Of a stretch of 64,000 nt of DNA, positions 51,854 through 61,106 are shown piece by piece (the stretch's first letter is position 1; every line of letters starts with the position of its first letter). Under the pieces are notes generated by a model, which searched no databases, was not told the DNA's origin, and was given only the letters and a program-made list of their open reading frames with translations. Both the position numbers and the translations under genes were made by a program. Source of the stretch: Alphaproteobacteria bacterium. GTDB lineage: Bacteria; Pseudomonadota; Alphaproteobacteria; MPNO01. The stretch spans positions 576,001 through 640,000 of the forward strand of contig CBDFLJ010000002.1 of the NCBI GenBank assembly GCA_965248835.1, read 5' to 3'.

Positions 51854-52951
51854 ATGACCGGCGCGGCCGAGGCGATCGATCTCAGGGTCGAAGGTATCGA
51901 GAAGTCCTTTGGCACGGTCCGCGCCGTCCGCGACTGCAATCTTACCGTGCGGCGCGGTGAAATGGTCGCCCTTCTCGGGCCGAGCGGCTGCGGCAAGACC
52001 ACGCTCTTAAACATCATCGCCGGTTTCGAGAGCTGCGACAGCGGCGATCTCTGGCTGCGCGGGGAATCGCTGCGGGACATCCCCCCGAACCACCGCAATA
52101 TCGGCATGGTGTTCCAGAGCTACGCGCTGTTCCCGCATCTGACGACCGCGGGCAATATCGGCTACGGGTTGCGCATCCGGCGTATGCCGGCGGACGACAT
52201 CCGGGCGCGGGTCGCGGAGGTCGTCGACCTCCTCAAGCTCAACGGGCTGGAGGAGCGCTACCCGTCGGAGCTGAGTGGCGGCCAGCAACAGCGGGTCGCC
52301 ATCGCCCGGGCGCTTGCCGTCAGACCGGTGATGCTGCTGCTGGACGAGGCGCTGAGTGCGCTCGACAAGAATTTGCGGGAACACATGCAGGTGGAGCTGT
52401 CGATCCTGCTGCGTCAGCTCGGCATCACCACCATCATCGTCACCCACGACCAGCGCGAGGCCTTCACCATCGCCGACCGGATCGCGGTCATGAGCGACGG
52501 CGAGATTCTCCAGATCGGCCCCCCCGAAGCGATTTATTCCGACCCCGAATCCTCTTTCGTCCTGGAGTTCGTGGGCTCCGCCAACACGCTCAAAGGGGTG
52601 ACGATCGCCACCGGCTCGGGGCTCGGGGTCAAGGCGGATTGCGGTCTGCTGCTTCCTTTGACCGACGGCCAGCGTCTGCAGCGCGGGCAGAAGGTCAACA
52701 TCTATGTCCGCTCCGAGGATATCGAGCTGTCCTCGGAGCCGACATCGGTGCACCGGGACAGTCCCGGGGTCGTTTCGCTCGCCCGCTTCATGGGGGCCAC
52801 GAAACGGCACGCCATCGATCTCGGCGGTGAGCAGGTAGTGCTGGACGGCCTGTCCAGCGGGGCTTCGGCGCGGTTCGAGCTCGGCGATCGGGTCTATATC
52901 GATATCGCGCCCGAGCGCTGCTACGTGCTGCCGGCCGACCCGCGCGCCTAG
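51854..52951 (+). CDS. PotA-like ABC ATPase
   Basis: GPSGCGKTT, VFQSYALFPH, LSGGQQQR, VTHDQ.EA, C-terminal TOBE domain. Confidence 0.92.
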   Translation: MTGAAEAIDLRVEGIEKSFGTVRAVRDCNLTVRRGEMVALLGPSGCGKTTLLNIIAGFESCDSGDLWLRGESLRDIPPNHRNIGMVFQSYALFPHLTTAGNIGYGLRIRRMPADDIRARVAEVVDLLKLNGLEERYPSELSGGQQQRVAIARALAVRPVMLLLDEALSALDKNLREHMQVELSILLRQLGITTIIVTHDQREAFTIADRIAVMSDGEILQIGPPEAIYSDPESSFVLEFVGSANTLKGVTIATGSGLGVKADCGLLLPLTDGQRLQRGQKVNIYVRSEDIELSSEPTSVHRDSPGVVSLARFMGATKRHAIDLGGEQVVLDGLSSGASARFELGDRVYIDIAPERCYVLPADPRA

Positions 52952-52953
52952 CC

Positions 52954-53877
52954 ATGGCCGTCGCCGTCGATTTGGCGCGAGGCCCGTCCAGAGCGGGCGC
53001 CCTGAGCCGCTGGCTGTTCCGCCGGCAGCAGCGCTTCGCGTGGCTTCTGCTCCTCCCGGTATTGGCGATCCTGGTTCCGCTGTTCCTGTTCCCGCTCGCG
53101 GTTCTGCTGCGCAACAGCCTCAACTGGGACGATCCCGCCGCCATCATGGTCGCGGACTTCACGTTCGCGAACTACGCGCGGATCCTCACCGACGGGTACT
53201 ATGCGAGCCTGTTCGGCAACAGCATGCTGGTTGCCGTCGGGGTGGCCGTCATCACGCTCGTCATCGGCTACCCGTTCGCCTATTACCTCGTGCGCTGGGC
53301 GGGGGAGAGGCGCAACCTCCTGCTCTGGATCGTCTACACGCCGCTGATCGTCAGCGTGATCACGCGGGTCTTCGGCTGGATGATCATCACCGCCGATAGC
53401 GGACTCATCAACACCATGCTGATCGCCGTCGGCGTCACCGAAGGGCCGGTGCATATCCTGTTCGAGGTAAGCGGCATGGTGATCGGCATGGTCCACCGCT
53501 ATCTGCCGCTGATGATCCTTCCGCTCGCCAACTCGATCGCCAAGATCGATCTGAGAATTCTGCTCGCCTCCACCAGCCTCGGGGCGGGCTCGGCGGCGAC
53601 GTTTGCGCGGGTGATCGTGCCGTTGAGCCTTCCCGGCATTTTCGCCGGGCTGCAGCTCGTCATCGCCGTCGTGTTAAGCGACTTCGTCCTGCCGACGCTG
53701 CTGGGCACGACGCGCTTCCGCATGCTGGCACCAGCCATCTACGACGAGGCGATCGCCAATGTCCGCTGGGCGAACTCGGCCGCGATGGCCATCCTGATGG
53801 TCGCCCTGGTGGTCCTCGTCCTCTTGTCGATGAACCTGGTGCTGCGCCGCGCGGCGCCGTGGGCAAAGAGCTTCTGA
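52954..53877 (+). CDS. PotB-like ABC permease
   Basis: TM helices, GYPFAY, EAA-like loop ASTSLGA, PLSLPG. Confidence 0.9.
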   Translation: MAVAVDLARGPSRAGALSRWLFRRQQRFAWLLLLPVLAILVPLFLFPLAVLLRNSLNWDDPAAIMVADFTFANYARILTDGYYASLFGNSMLVAVGVAVITLVIGYPFAYYLVRWAGERRNLLLWIVYTPLIVSVITRVFGWMIITADSGLINTMLIAVGVTEGPVHILFEVSGMVIGMVHRYLPLMILPLANSIAKIDLRILLASTSLGAGSAATFARVIVPLSLPGIFAGLQLVIAVVLSDFVLPTLLGTTRFRMLAPAIYDEAIANVRWANSAAMAILMVALVVLVLLSMNLVLRRAAPWAKSF

Positions 53878-53902
53878 TGCGGCGGCGCCGGGAGAAGACG
53901 GG

Positions 53903-54691
53903 ATGAGCAGGGCGGCGCCCCCCTTTCTCACCGCCTATATCGGGCTGGTGACGGTCTTCCTGCTGGGACCCATCGTGGTTGCCATCGTCCTCTCGTTCAG
54001 CAATGTCTCGCAATTGGTGTTTCCGCCGCCCGGCTTCAGCCTCCAATGGTACGAGGTGGCGTGGGACAATCGCAAATTTGTCGACGGTTTCGTGGTCAGC
54101 ACGATCATCGCAGCCATCAGCAGCGCGATGGCGGGGGTGGCGGGAACGCTGGCGGCCATCGCTATCAACAACTACCGCTTCTTCGGGCGCTCGGCTGTTC
54201 AGTCCCTGGTGATCATGCCGCTGATCATCCCGGCGGTGGTGGTCGGGCTCGGGCTGCTGCAAACCCTGTCCTCAGTCGGCATCCGCCCCGGCATCCTTGC
54301 CGCTTCGCTCGGGCACAGCATCATCGGGATACCCTATGTGGTCTATCTGGTGCTGGCGGCCCTGTCGGGATACGACATCCGGCTGGAGCACGCGGCGCAG
54401 TCGCTCGGAGCTTCGCGGCTAAGAACCTTCCTCGACATTGCCTATCCGGCCGTCCGGCCCGGCATGATCGCGGGCGTTGCCTTCGCCTTCCTGATGTCCT
54501 TCGACAATGTCGCAATGTCGATCTTCCTCGCGCGCGGGAACCCGCTGCCGCTGCGCCTGATGCAGCACATCCAGTACTACGCCGATCCCAGCGTGGCGGC
54601 GGTATCGACCGTTCTCGTGGTGATTTCCCTTTTCGGGCTTGTCCTGTTCGGACGGATGCTGCGCAAGCGGCACATCGGCAATCTCGCCTGA
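53903..54691 (+). CDS. PotC-like ABC permease
   Basis: FPPPGFSLQWY, LEHAAQSLGA, FLMSFD. Confidence 0.9.
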   Translation: MSRAAPPFLTAYIGLVTVFLLGPIVVAIVLSFSNVSQLVFPPPGFSLQWYEVAWDNRKFVDGFVVSTIIAAISSAMAGVAGTLAAIAINNYRFFGRSAVQSLVIMPLIIPAVVVGLGLLQTLSSVGIRPGILAASLGHSIIGIPYVVYLVLAALSGYDIRLEHAAQSLGASRLRTFLDIAYPAVRPGMIAGVAFAFLMSFDNVAMSIFLARGNPLPLRLMQHIQYYADPSVAAVSTVLVVISLFGLVLFGRMLRKRHIGNLA

Positions 54692-54899
54692 GCCCGAGGG
54701 TTGCCTGCACGCGCTCACCGGGTCTGAGCGGGGAGAGCGTCGCGTCGAGAAGCTCGGGAGCACACAGTCGTCGGCTCGGAAGACGCGTCGTGAGGGGTAC
54801 AGGAGAACACCCGCAGGCGTCTCGTGCTCGACAGGAGGCGGTTGCAGCCATCCCCGGCCGCGCAATACGCCTCCGGATCCACGCAGCTGGACGGCCCGC

Positions 54900-55148
54900 C
54901 TAGCCGGCCGCCAGGGCGGCCATGCGCTCGCGGTCGAGGACGGCCCCGTGGCTCACCACATGGGCGGGCGCGCGGTGGTTGCGCAGCGCCTCGACCGTGT
55001 TCGGTTCCCCCAGCACCACCAGATGAGCGGGATTGCCCGGCGCCAGGGCGAAATCCGCGACATTCATCGCGCGAGCGGCATCCACCGTCACCAGGTCGTA
55101 GAGCCGGTCGATCTCCTCGCGTGCGGTCATCCAGAGCAGGTGGGAGCC
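54900..55148 (-). pseudogene. C-terminal fragment of a cytosine/creatinine deaminase-like amidohydrolase
   Basis: SHLLWMT...LVTVDAARAM...LAPGNPAHLVVL...VVSHG; no N-terminal part upstream. Confidence 0.7.
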
Positions 55149-55449
55149 AAGCGATCGAGCTCATCCCGCGTTACCACACCACGCGCGATGGCGTCAGAGA
55201 ATAGCTCTGCCAGCTCCGCCAGTTCCTCGGCGAAAACCTGGGCGAGCCGGTCGCCCACCGTCTCGCTGGGCACCGGGATCTTATGGTTGGGGCTGTCCCA
55301 GAAAATGCCGATGGCAAAAAGCTGACTGCCATAAGCCGCGCCGTAGGCACCCCACGGTTGCTTCAGGTATCCGCTCTCACTCCCAGGATCGGCTGCCACA
55401 GCAAAATCGATGCTCTCTCCGACCCTGTCTTCATAGGCCCTACCCGCCC

Positions 55450-55690
55450 ATACCATCCCTGGGCAAATGCCGCGTAGCCCAACGCGGTCCTGTGGTCGTC
55501 GGCGAGGCGCACGACCGATACCCGGTAGCCGATCGTCCCGCTCCGGTTTCCGGGTCCGTGTTCCGCGATGAACACCGCGCCCCGATACGTTTGCGGCACA
55601 TTGGTTCCTGAATGGATGGCCAGGCCGAGCGGCGCCACATGCGCCGCCAAGGCCTGGGCAGGCGGCTCGGTATACCCAAATCGGTCCTTG
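55450..55690 (-). pseudogene. Internal fragment of a PQQ-dependent sugar/sorbosone dehydrogenase
   Basis: PPAQALAAHVAPLGL...YRGAVFIAEHG..NRS..IGYRVSVV...FAQGW. Confidence 0.7.
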
Positions 55691-55718
55691 CGTTCCGGGA
55701 GGCGTCCATACAAACGAC

Positions 55719-55962
55719 ATGGATGTCTTCATCGGTCTCGACGTATCGCTGGCAAGCAAGGCTATCTGCGTTCTCGGCGAGAAGGGCAAGATCGTGACGG
55801 AGGCGCAAGTCGCCAGCGCACCCGAATCGCTCGTTGCGTTCATGCGCAAGCTGCCGCACGGGATCGCTGCGATCGGCCTCGAAGCCGGCCCGCTGTCTCA
55901 TTGGCTGCACAAGGGGCTGAGCGTCGCCGGTTTCGAGACCGTGTTGATGGAGAAGCGACACG
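55719..55962 (+). mobile_element. IS110-family transposase N-terminal fragment
   Basis: FIGLDVS...ICVL, IGLEAGPLSHWL...GL...G...VLME; truncated after about 80 aa. Confidence 0.82.
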
Positions 55963-56256
55963 CCGCGATGTGCGATCTCATGGGGTCGGTGAGAGATAGG
56001 CCGACGGGAGCGAAGCGACCGAGCCGGGGTTGCGGGTCAGCGCGGATTTGAAGTGCTGGACCTGCAAGCGTAACGCGCAGCGAGCGTGAGCGAGCGTAGG
56101 CGACAGGGACCGTCACCCGAAGGGCTTCGTGGAGCCGGGCGGGGCGAAGCCGCGCCCGGCGGAATAGAGCCCGGCGCCCGGTCCTTGGACCGGGCGGGCG
56201 CTCCGATCATGCCGGTCGGACAGAGGGCGATATCCGGTCGTCGTAATCGGCGGCGC

Positions 56257-56328
56257 CGGCGCAAGCCGGAAGCGGACTTGCGGGAAGTGCTGAACGCGAT
56301 CCGCTACATGACCCGCACGGGCGGTGGC
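56257..56328 (+). mobile_element. IS5-family (IS1031-like) transposase remnant
   Basis: RKPEADLREVLNAIRYMTRTGGG. Confidence 0.65.
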
Positions 56329-56700
56329 ATGTATGACCTGCGGACGACGCAACATGTCAACGATCCAACCACGGCGAAGAACCGCGTCGCCAAGTTTTAC
56401 AAGAACGGCAACCGGAAGTTCGCCCATGAGGAGTCGAGGAAAATCCATGCCTACGGGGAGCACGGTGGCTGGGTCCATCTGGTCCGAACCTCGGACATCG
56501 GCCTGACCTGCATTTTCGCGATGGTGGGGTTCCTCAGCGACCCGGCGAAACCGCACAGCCACATCACCGATGAGCATTACGACACGAGCGTCGATTTCCA
56601 CGACTGTTCCGCCGACCGATCGCTCGATGAGGTGGTGGCCTTCCTCAAGGGGCTCAAGATCGTCCCGCCCGGGTACAACAGAAGCGTCGCGGGGAGCTGA
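56329..56700 (+). CDS. Hypothetical protein, probably a 3' gene fragment
   Basis: Protein-like composition and high GC at third codon positions; in frame with the IS5 remnant. Confidence 0.4.
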   Translation: MYDLRTTQHVNDPTTAKNRVAKFYKNGNRKFAHEESRKIHAYGEHGGWVHLVRTSDIGLTCIFAMVGFLSDPAKPHSHITDEHYDTSVDFHDCSADRSLDEVVAFLKGLKIVPPGYNRSVAGS

Positions 56701-57407
56701 AACCTTGGGCGTTTTTACGGGCCAGACAACCGGGAGGTCGGCGGCGTCTTCGACGCGCAACCGGATCGTCGCGGCGTGCGGGGTCAAACGCTACCAGCAC
56801 ATTGTCCGATCACTCGCGATCATATCCCGCGGCAGCGAAGTAGTTTTGGCACGGTACGCCGCCCCGGTTATCAGAGGCCTGCCGTTGCCAGGCGTCCGGC
56901 CAAAATGCGCAAGAGCGCGGCGTCGGGGCAGAGCATATCTCGACGCCGGATCGTGTCCCGCGCCGTGGTGTGCGCCCTTAGTTCGAAAACTTTCGGTACT
57001 GTGACAGTGCCGTAGGGTCGTAGTGTCTCCCTGTATCGCTGTGGTACTACAATGGCTTAGGGTCTCTGTCAATAGAGGATGGGACCGATTTGAATAACAC
57101 AGATGTGGATCCTGTGTCGCTGCATAGTTGCATTCGGGGAAGTGGGATATGGAATTCGCCCTGGAACATCCGTATGATCCTGATGGAGGAACAGATTGGC
57201 CCCTGTGAGCAACACAGAACCGGCACAATAGGTTCGTCGCTGTGAGGATAATCATAGGAATATAGATGGCCATGCTTCCGAGGTCGGGATCCAGTGTGTC
57301 GCTACCGCTGCAAACCGTTTCGGGCGGATGGCGACGATGAAGGAGGATGCCAGCGGGCGCCGCCAGCGCTCGCCGTTGCCGCCCGGCCGATCCGTTCCCA
57401 CTCCACA

Positions 57408-57535
57408 TCGGTCGCCACCACCGCTTCCAGACGAGCACGGTCGGCGACGCAAACCTCGAAGGTAATCCCTGTGCGCATGCCCCAAGACTCGCACATACGC
57501 TCCGACAAGGGAATCCTCCGTTAGATTTCATCCAC
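57408..57535 (-). mobile_element. Truncated IS630-family element (left end and first about 23 codons)
   Basis: End reads TA|GTGGATGAAATCTAAC on the minus strand; MRTGITFEV..ADRARLEAVVA. Confidence 0.72.
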
Positions 57536-57678
57536 TAGAGCATTTTCTGAGCTTTGGGAATCGAGAGGGATTGAACGAACCCGCTGTCGCGGGACAGGAG
57601 AGGGCGGATAGGGGGAAGGTCTCCGGTCTGAGAGGATTGCGGTTGTTGAAGCCCGACCTTCCAGACAGGAGCCCCCCG

Positions 57679-58539
57679 ATGGCCGAGATGAGCCCTCTAC
57701 GCCGACGCATGACCGAGGACATGACGGTCCGCAATCTGTCGCCGGCGACGCAACGATCCTACCTGCACGCGGTCGCGAAGTTCAGCCGGTATTTCGGCCG
57801 CTCGCCGGATCGGCTGGGTCTGGAGGACGTGCGTGCCTTCCAGGTCCACCTGGTCTCGATCGGCATCTCGTGGCCGGCGCTGAACCAGACGGTCTGCGCC
57901 TTACGGTTCTTCTATGGCGTCACGCTCGACCACGGCGAGATCCCCGAGCGCATCCCCTACGCGCGCGCGCCGCGCAAGCTGCCGGTGGTGCTGAATGCCG
58001 ACGAAGTCGTGCGGTTTCTGGAGGCGGTGCCGAGCTTGAAGGCCCGTGCCGCGCTGACGACGGCTTATGCCGCCGGGCTGCGCGCGTCCGAGGTGGTGAG
58101 GCTCAGGGTGGCCGATATCGACAGCGGCCGGATGGTCATCCGGGTCGAGCACGGCAAGGGCGGCAAGGATCGCACCGTGATGTTGTCGGCGCAGTTGCTC
58201 GGCATCCTGCGCACCTACTGGCGTCTCGCCCGGCCCGAGCATTGGCTGTTTCCCGGCCGGGACGAGACCAAGCCGATCGACGTCCAGGTGTTACATGCCG
58301 CTTGCCGATCGGCCCGTGCCGCGGCCGGCCTGGCCAAGCGGGTCACGGTGCACACGCTGCGCCACAGCTTCGCGACGCACCTGCTGGAGAGCGGCACCGA
58401 CATCCGCATTATCCAGGCCCTGCTGGGGCACGCCAACCTGTCGAGCACGGCGCGCTACACGCGGGTCTCGAACCGCCTCATCGGGCGGACGGAGAGCCCG
58501 CTCGACCGACTGACGCTGGAGGTGGTGCCACCCGTCTGA
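57679..58539 (+). CDS. Tyrosine recombinase/integrase
   Basis: YAAGLRASE, GKGGKDR, HTLRHSFATHLLE.G, LLGH....TARY. Confidence 0.95.
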   Translation: MAEMSPLRRRMTEDMTVRNLSPATQRSYLHAVAKFSRYFGRSPDRLGLEDVRAFQVHLVSIGISWPALNQTVCALRFFYGVTLDHGEIPERIPYARAPRKLPVVLNADEVVRFLEAVPSLKARAALTTAYAAGLRASEVVRLRVADIDSGRMVIRVEHGKGGKDRTVMLSAQLLGILRTYWRLARPEHWLFPGRDETKPIDVQVLHAACRSARAAAGLAKRVTVHTLRHSFATHLLESGTDIRIIQALLGHANLSSTARYTRVSNRLIGRTESPLDRLTLEVVPPV

Positions 58540-58548
58540 TCCGGCGCC

Positions 58549-59727
58549 ATGTCGGCCGGTCTAGAAGTGGCGGACGTCTTGCGCCGCCACGGCGACGCCT
58601 ATCGCCGCGCGCACGATGGTCATTTGGGCCGCGTCGAGCGGCGGGTGATGAGCGCCATCGCGCTGTGCCGGACGGCGGCGCTGGGCGGCCACACCGAGTT
58701 CTGCTCCGATTGCGGCCTCATACGTCATTCCTATAACTCCTGCCGCAACCGGCACTGTCCGAAGTGCCAGGGACAGGCGCGTGCCGCATGGCTCGAGGCC
58801 CGGCAGGCCGAGCTGCTGGCGGCGCCGTACTTCCACGTCGTGTTCACGCTGCCCGCACCGGTGGCCGAGATCGCCTTCCAGAACAAGGAGACGGTCTACG
58901 CCGTCCTGTTCCGAACCGCCGCCGAGACGCTGCGCAGGATCGCCGCCGACCCGAAGCATCTCGGCGCCGAGATCGGCCTCGTCGCCGTGCTCCATACCTG
59001 GGGCCAGACCCTGCACCATCATCCGCATGTCCATTGCGTCGTGCCGGGCGGCGGCCCATCTCCAGATGGCTCGCGCTGGGTGCCGTGCCGGCCGGGGTTC
59101 TTCCTGCCGGTCCGCGTGCTCTCGCGCCTCTTCCGCCGCCTGTTCCTCGACGCACTGCACGCCGCCTTCGAGGCCGGCGGTCTGGGCTTCTTTGGCGCGC
59201 TCGCCGGGCTCGCGGATCCTGAGGCCTTCATTAGCCGCCTCCGCGAGTTGCGTCGCCTCGAATGGGTCGTATACGCCAAGCCGCCCTTCGGCGGCCCCGA
59301 GCAGGTCTTCGCCTATCTCGGCCGCTACACCCATCGGGTCGCGATCGCCAACTCCCGGTTGGTCGGCGTAACCGATGACGAGGTCGCCTTCCGCTGGAAG
59401 GACTATCGCCACCATGGCAAGACGAAGGTCATGACCCTGGACGCAGACGAGTTCATCCGCCGCTTTCTACTGCACACCCTGCCGGACGGCTTCCATCGCA
59501 TCCGCCACTACGGCTTCCTCGCCAACGGACACCGCGCGGCGAAGCTCGCGCTTTGCCGCAAACTGCTCGACGCCCCGCCACCGCAACCGGCCGCCGAGCA
59601 GGCCAGGGACACCGTCCCGGCTCACCCGCCCGACCGCTGCCCGTGCTGCAACGGCACCATGATCATCCTCACCATCCTGCCCCGGCCGGAGCCATGCCGG
59701 CCATCCTTCTGGCAGGACAGCTCATGA
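58549..59727 (+). CDS. IS91-family transposase
   Basis: Zn finger SCRNRHCPKCQ, YFHVVFT, HUH motif HPHVH, YLGRY, RIRHYG. Confidence 0.94.
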   Translation: MSAGLEVADVLRRHGDAYRRAHDGHLGRVERRVMSAIALCRTAALGGHTEFCSDCGLIRHSYNSCRNRHCPKCQGQARAAWLEARQAELLAAPYFHVVFTLPAPVAEIAFQNKETVYAVLFRTAAETLRRIAADPKHLGAEIGLVAVLHTWGQTLHHHPHVHCVVPGGGPSPDGSRWVPCRPGFFLPVRVLSRLFRRLFLDALHAAFEAGGLGFFGALAGLADPEAFISRLRELRRLEWVVYAKPPFGGPEQVFAYLGRYTHRVAIANSRLVGVTDDEVAFRWKDYRHHGKTKVMTLDADEFIRRFLLHTLPDGFHRIRHYGFLANGHRAAKLALCRKLLDAPPPQPAAEQARDTVPAHPPDRCPCCNGTMIILTILPRPEPCRPSFWQDSS

Positions 59728-60142
59728 CACTCCGCCCGTCGGACAGCACCGGACCACAAATGCCCAGCACCCTGCACGTCGGATACCGAGCCGGTCTATC
59801 CCGCGACGCTGCCCGCCTCGCACGACGCCACAATCGTAGCCGCCGAAGTGAAGCCGCAGCCCGTCGTCCGGACCGGCATCCCAGACCCGGCCGCCACCCA
59901 CTCGATGAGGCCGATCCGTCAGACATGCCACCGGTCCATTCCGGCCTCTCGGACCAGGCGCCGCAGCCACAATCCCCATAGCCCGCCCGCCATCCCGCGG
60001 CTTCGTTCAATCCGGCTTCAATCAGGTCGCGTCCCGCGCCATCCTCCGCCGTTCGAGCGGCGCGACCTCACAGAACCCTCCAGATTCCCCGGAGGGCGGA
60101 TATGTGATTCAAGATGCGTGCTGGAGAAGGAGGCCAGCATGC

Positions 60143-61091
60143 ATGGCGAAATCTCTTTCCAAGGATCTTCGAGAGCGGCTTGTCGCGGCGGTTGAAGGCG
60201 GGATGACACGGCGCTCGGCGGCGCAACGCTTCGGGGTGGCGGCTTCGACGGCGATCAAATGGGTCGATCGGTGGCGACGGACCGGCGATGTCGGGCCGCG
60301 GCCGCGGGGCGGCGATCACCGCTCGCACCGGATCGAGGCCCATGGCGAGGAGATCCTGGCCCTGATCGAGGAGACGCCGGACATCACCTTGGCGGAGCTG
60401 GCCGAGCATCTCGCCGCGGCCCACGGTGTGGTGGTCGCGCAGAGCACGATCTGGCGCCTGCTCGAGCGTCGCGGGATGACGTTCAAAAAAAACCGCGCAC
60501 GCCAGCGAGCAACAGCGCCCTGAGATCGTGCGACGGCGCCGCGCCCGGTTCGAGGCCCAGCCGGACCTGGAGCCCGAGCGACTGGTCTTCATCGACGAAA
60601 CCGGCGCCTCGACCAAAATGGCGCGGCGCTATGGCCGGGCACCGCGCGGCGAGCGGTGTCGCGCCCCGGTGCCCCATGGCCATTGGAAGACCACCACTTT
60701 CGTCGGCGCGCTTCGGCTGCACGGCATGACCGCGCCCATGGTGCTCGACGGCGCCATGAACGGCGCGGCCTTCCTGGCCTATGTCCAGCACGTGCTGGTG
60801 CCAACACTGGCCCCCGGTGACATCGTCGTGATGGACAACCTGCCCGCCCACAAGCCGGTCGCCGTGCGCCATGCCATCGAAGGCGCCGGCGCGGAGATGC
60901 GTTTCCTGCCGCCCTACAGCCCCGACTTCAATCCGATCGAGATGGCCTTCTCCAAGCTCAAGGCCTTCCTCGAAAAGGCCGCCGCGAGAACCGTCGACGA
61001 CCTCTGGGATGCTATCGCCAATGGCATCGACAGCTTCACACCAACCGAATGCCAAAACTACTTCGCTGCCGCCGGATATGACCGTGAATGA
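60143..61091 (+). CDS. IS630-family transposase with -1 frameshift
   Basis: [22 protein letters not shown]; A8 run at 60485-60492; [28 protein letters not shown]. Confidence 0.9.
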
Positions 61092-61106
61092 TCGAAAAAT
61101 GCTCTA

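Larger units (their letters stand above)
57573..60086 (+). mobile_element. IS91-like element carrying a tyrosine recombinase and a rolling-circle (HUH) transposase
   Basis: GATT at both junctions; IR GGATTGAACGAA(C/G)CCGC at 57568-57584 and 59997-60013; hairpin AGGTCGCG/CGCGACCT at 60024-60068. Confidence 0.85.
57538..61104 (+). mobile_element. IS630-family element interrupted by an IS91-like element
   Basis: Terminal IRs GAGCATTTTCTGA and (reverse complement) GAGCATTTTTCGA; TA on both flanks (57536-57537, 61105-61106). Confidence 0.85.

Noticed and set aside
55680-55962. IS110 bridge-RNA system
   Set aside because: Only about 80 codons of transposase and about 40 bp of upstream sequence remain; no intact ends can be identified.
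57029-57306. Recurrent TCGCT(G) words suggesting a degenerate CRISPR or repeat array
   Set aside because: Matches are only a few bases long, spacing is irregular (about 81, 120 and 62 nt), and there are no cas genes.
57679-58539. Integron integrase with cassette array
   Set aside because: No IntI-specific insertion or attC sites seen; the gene is the usual partner of this IS91-like transposase.
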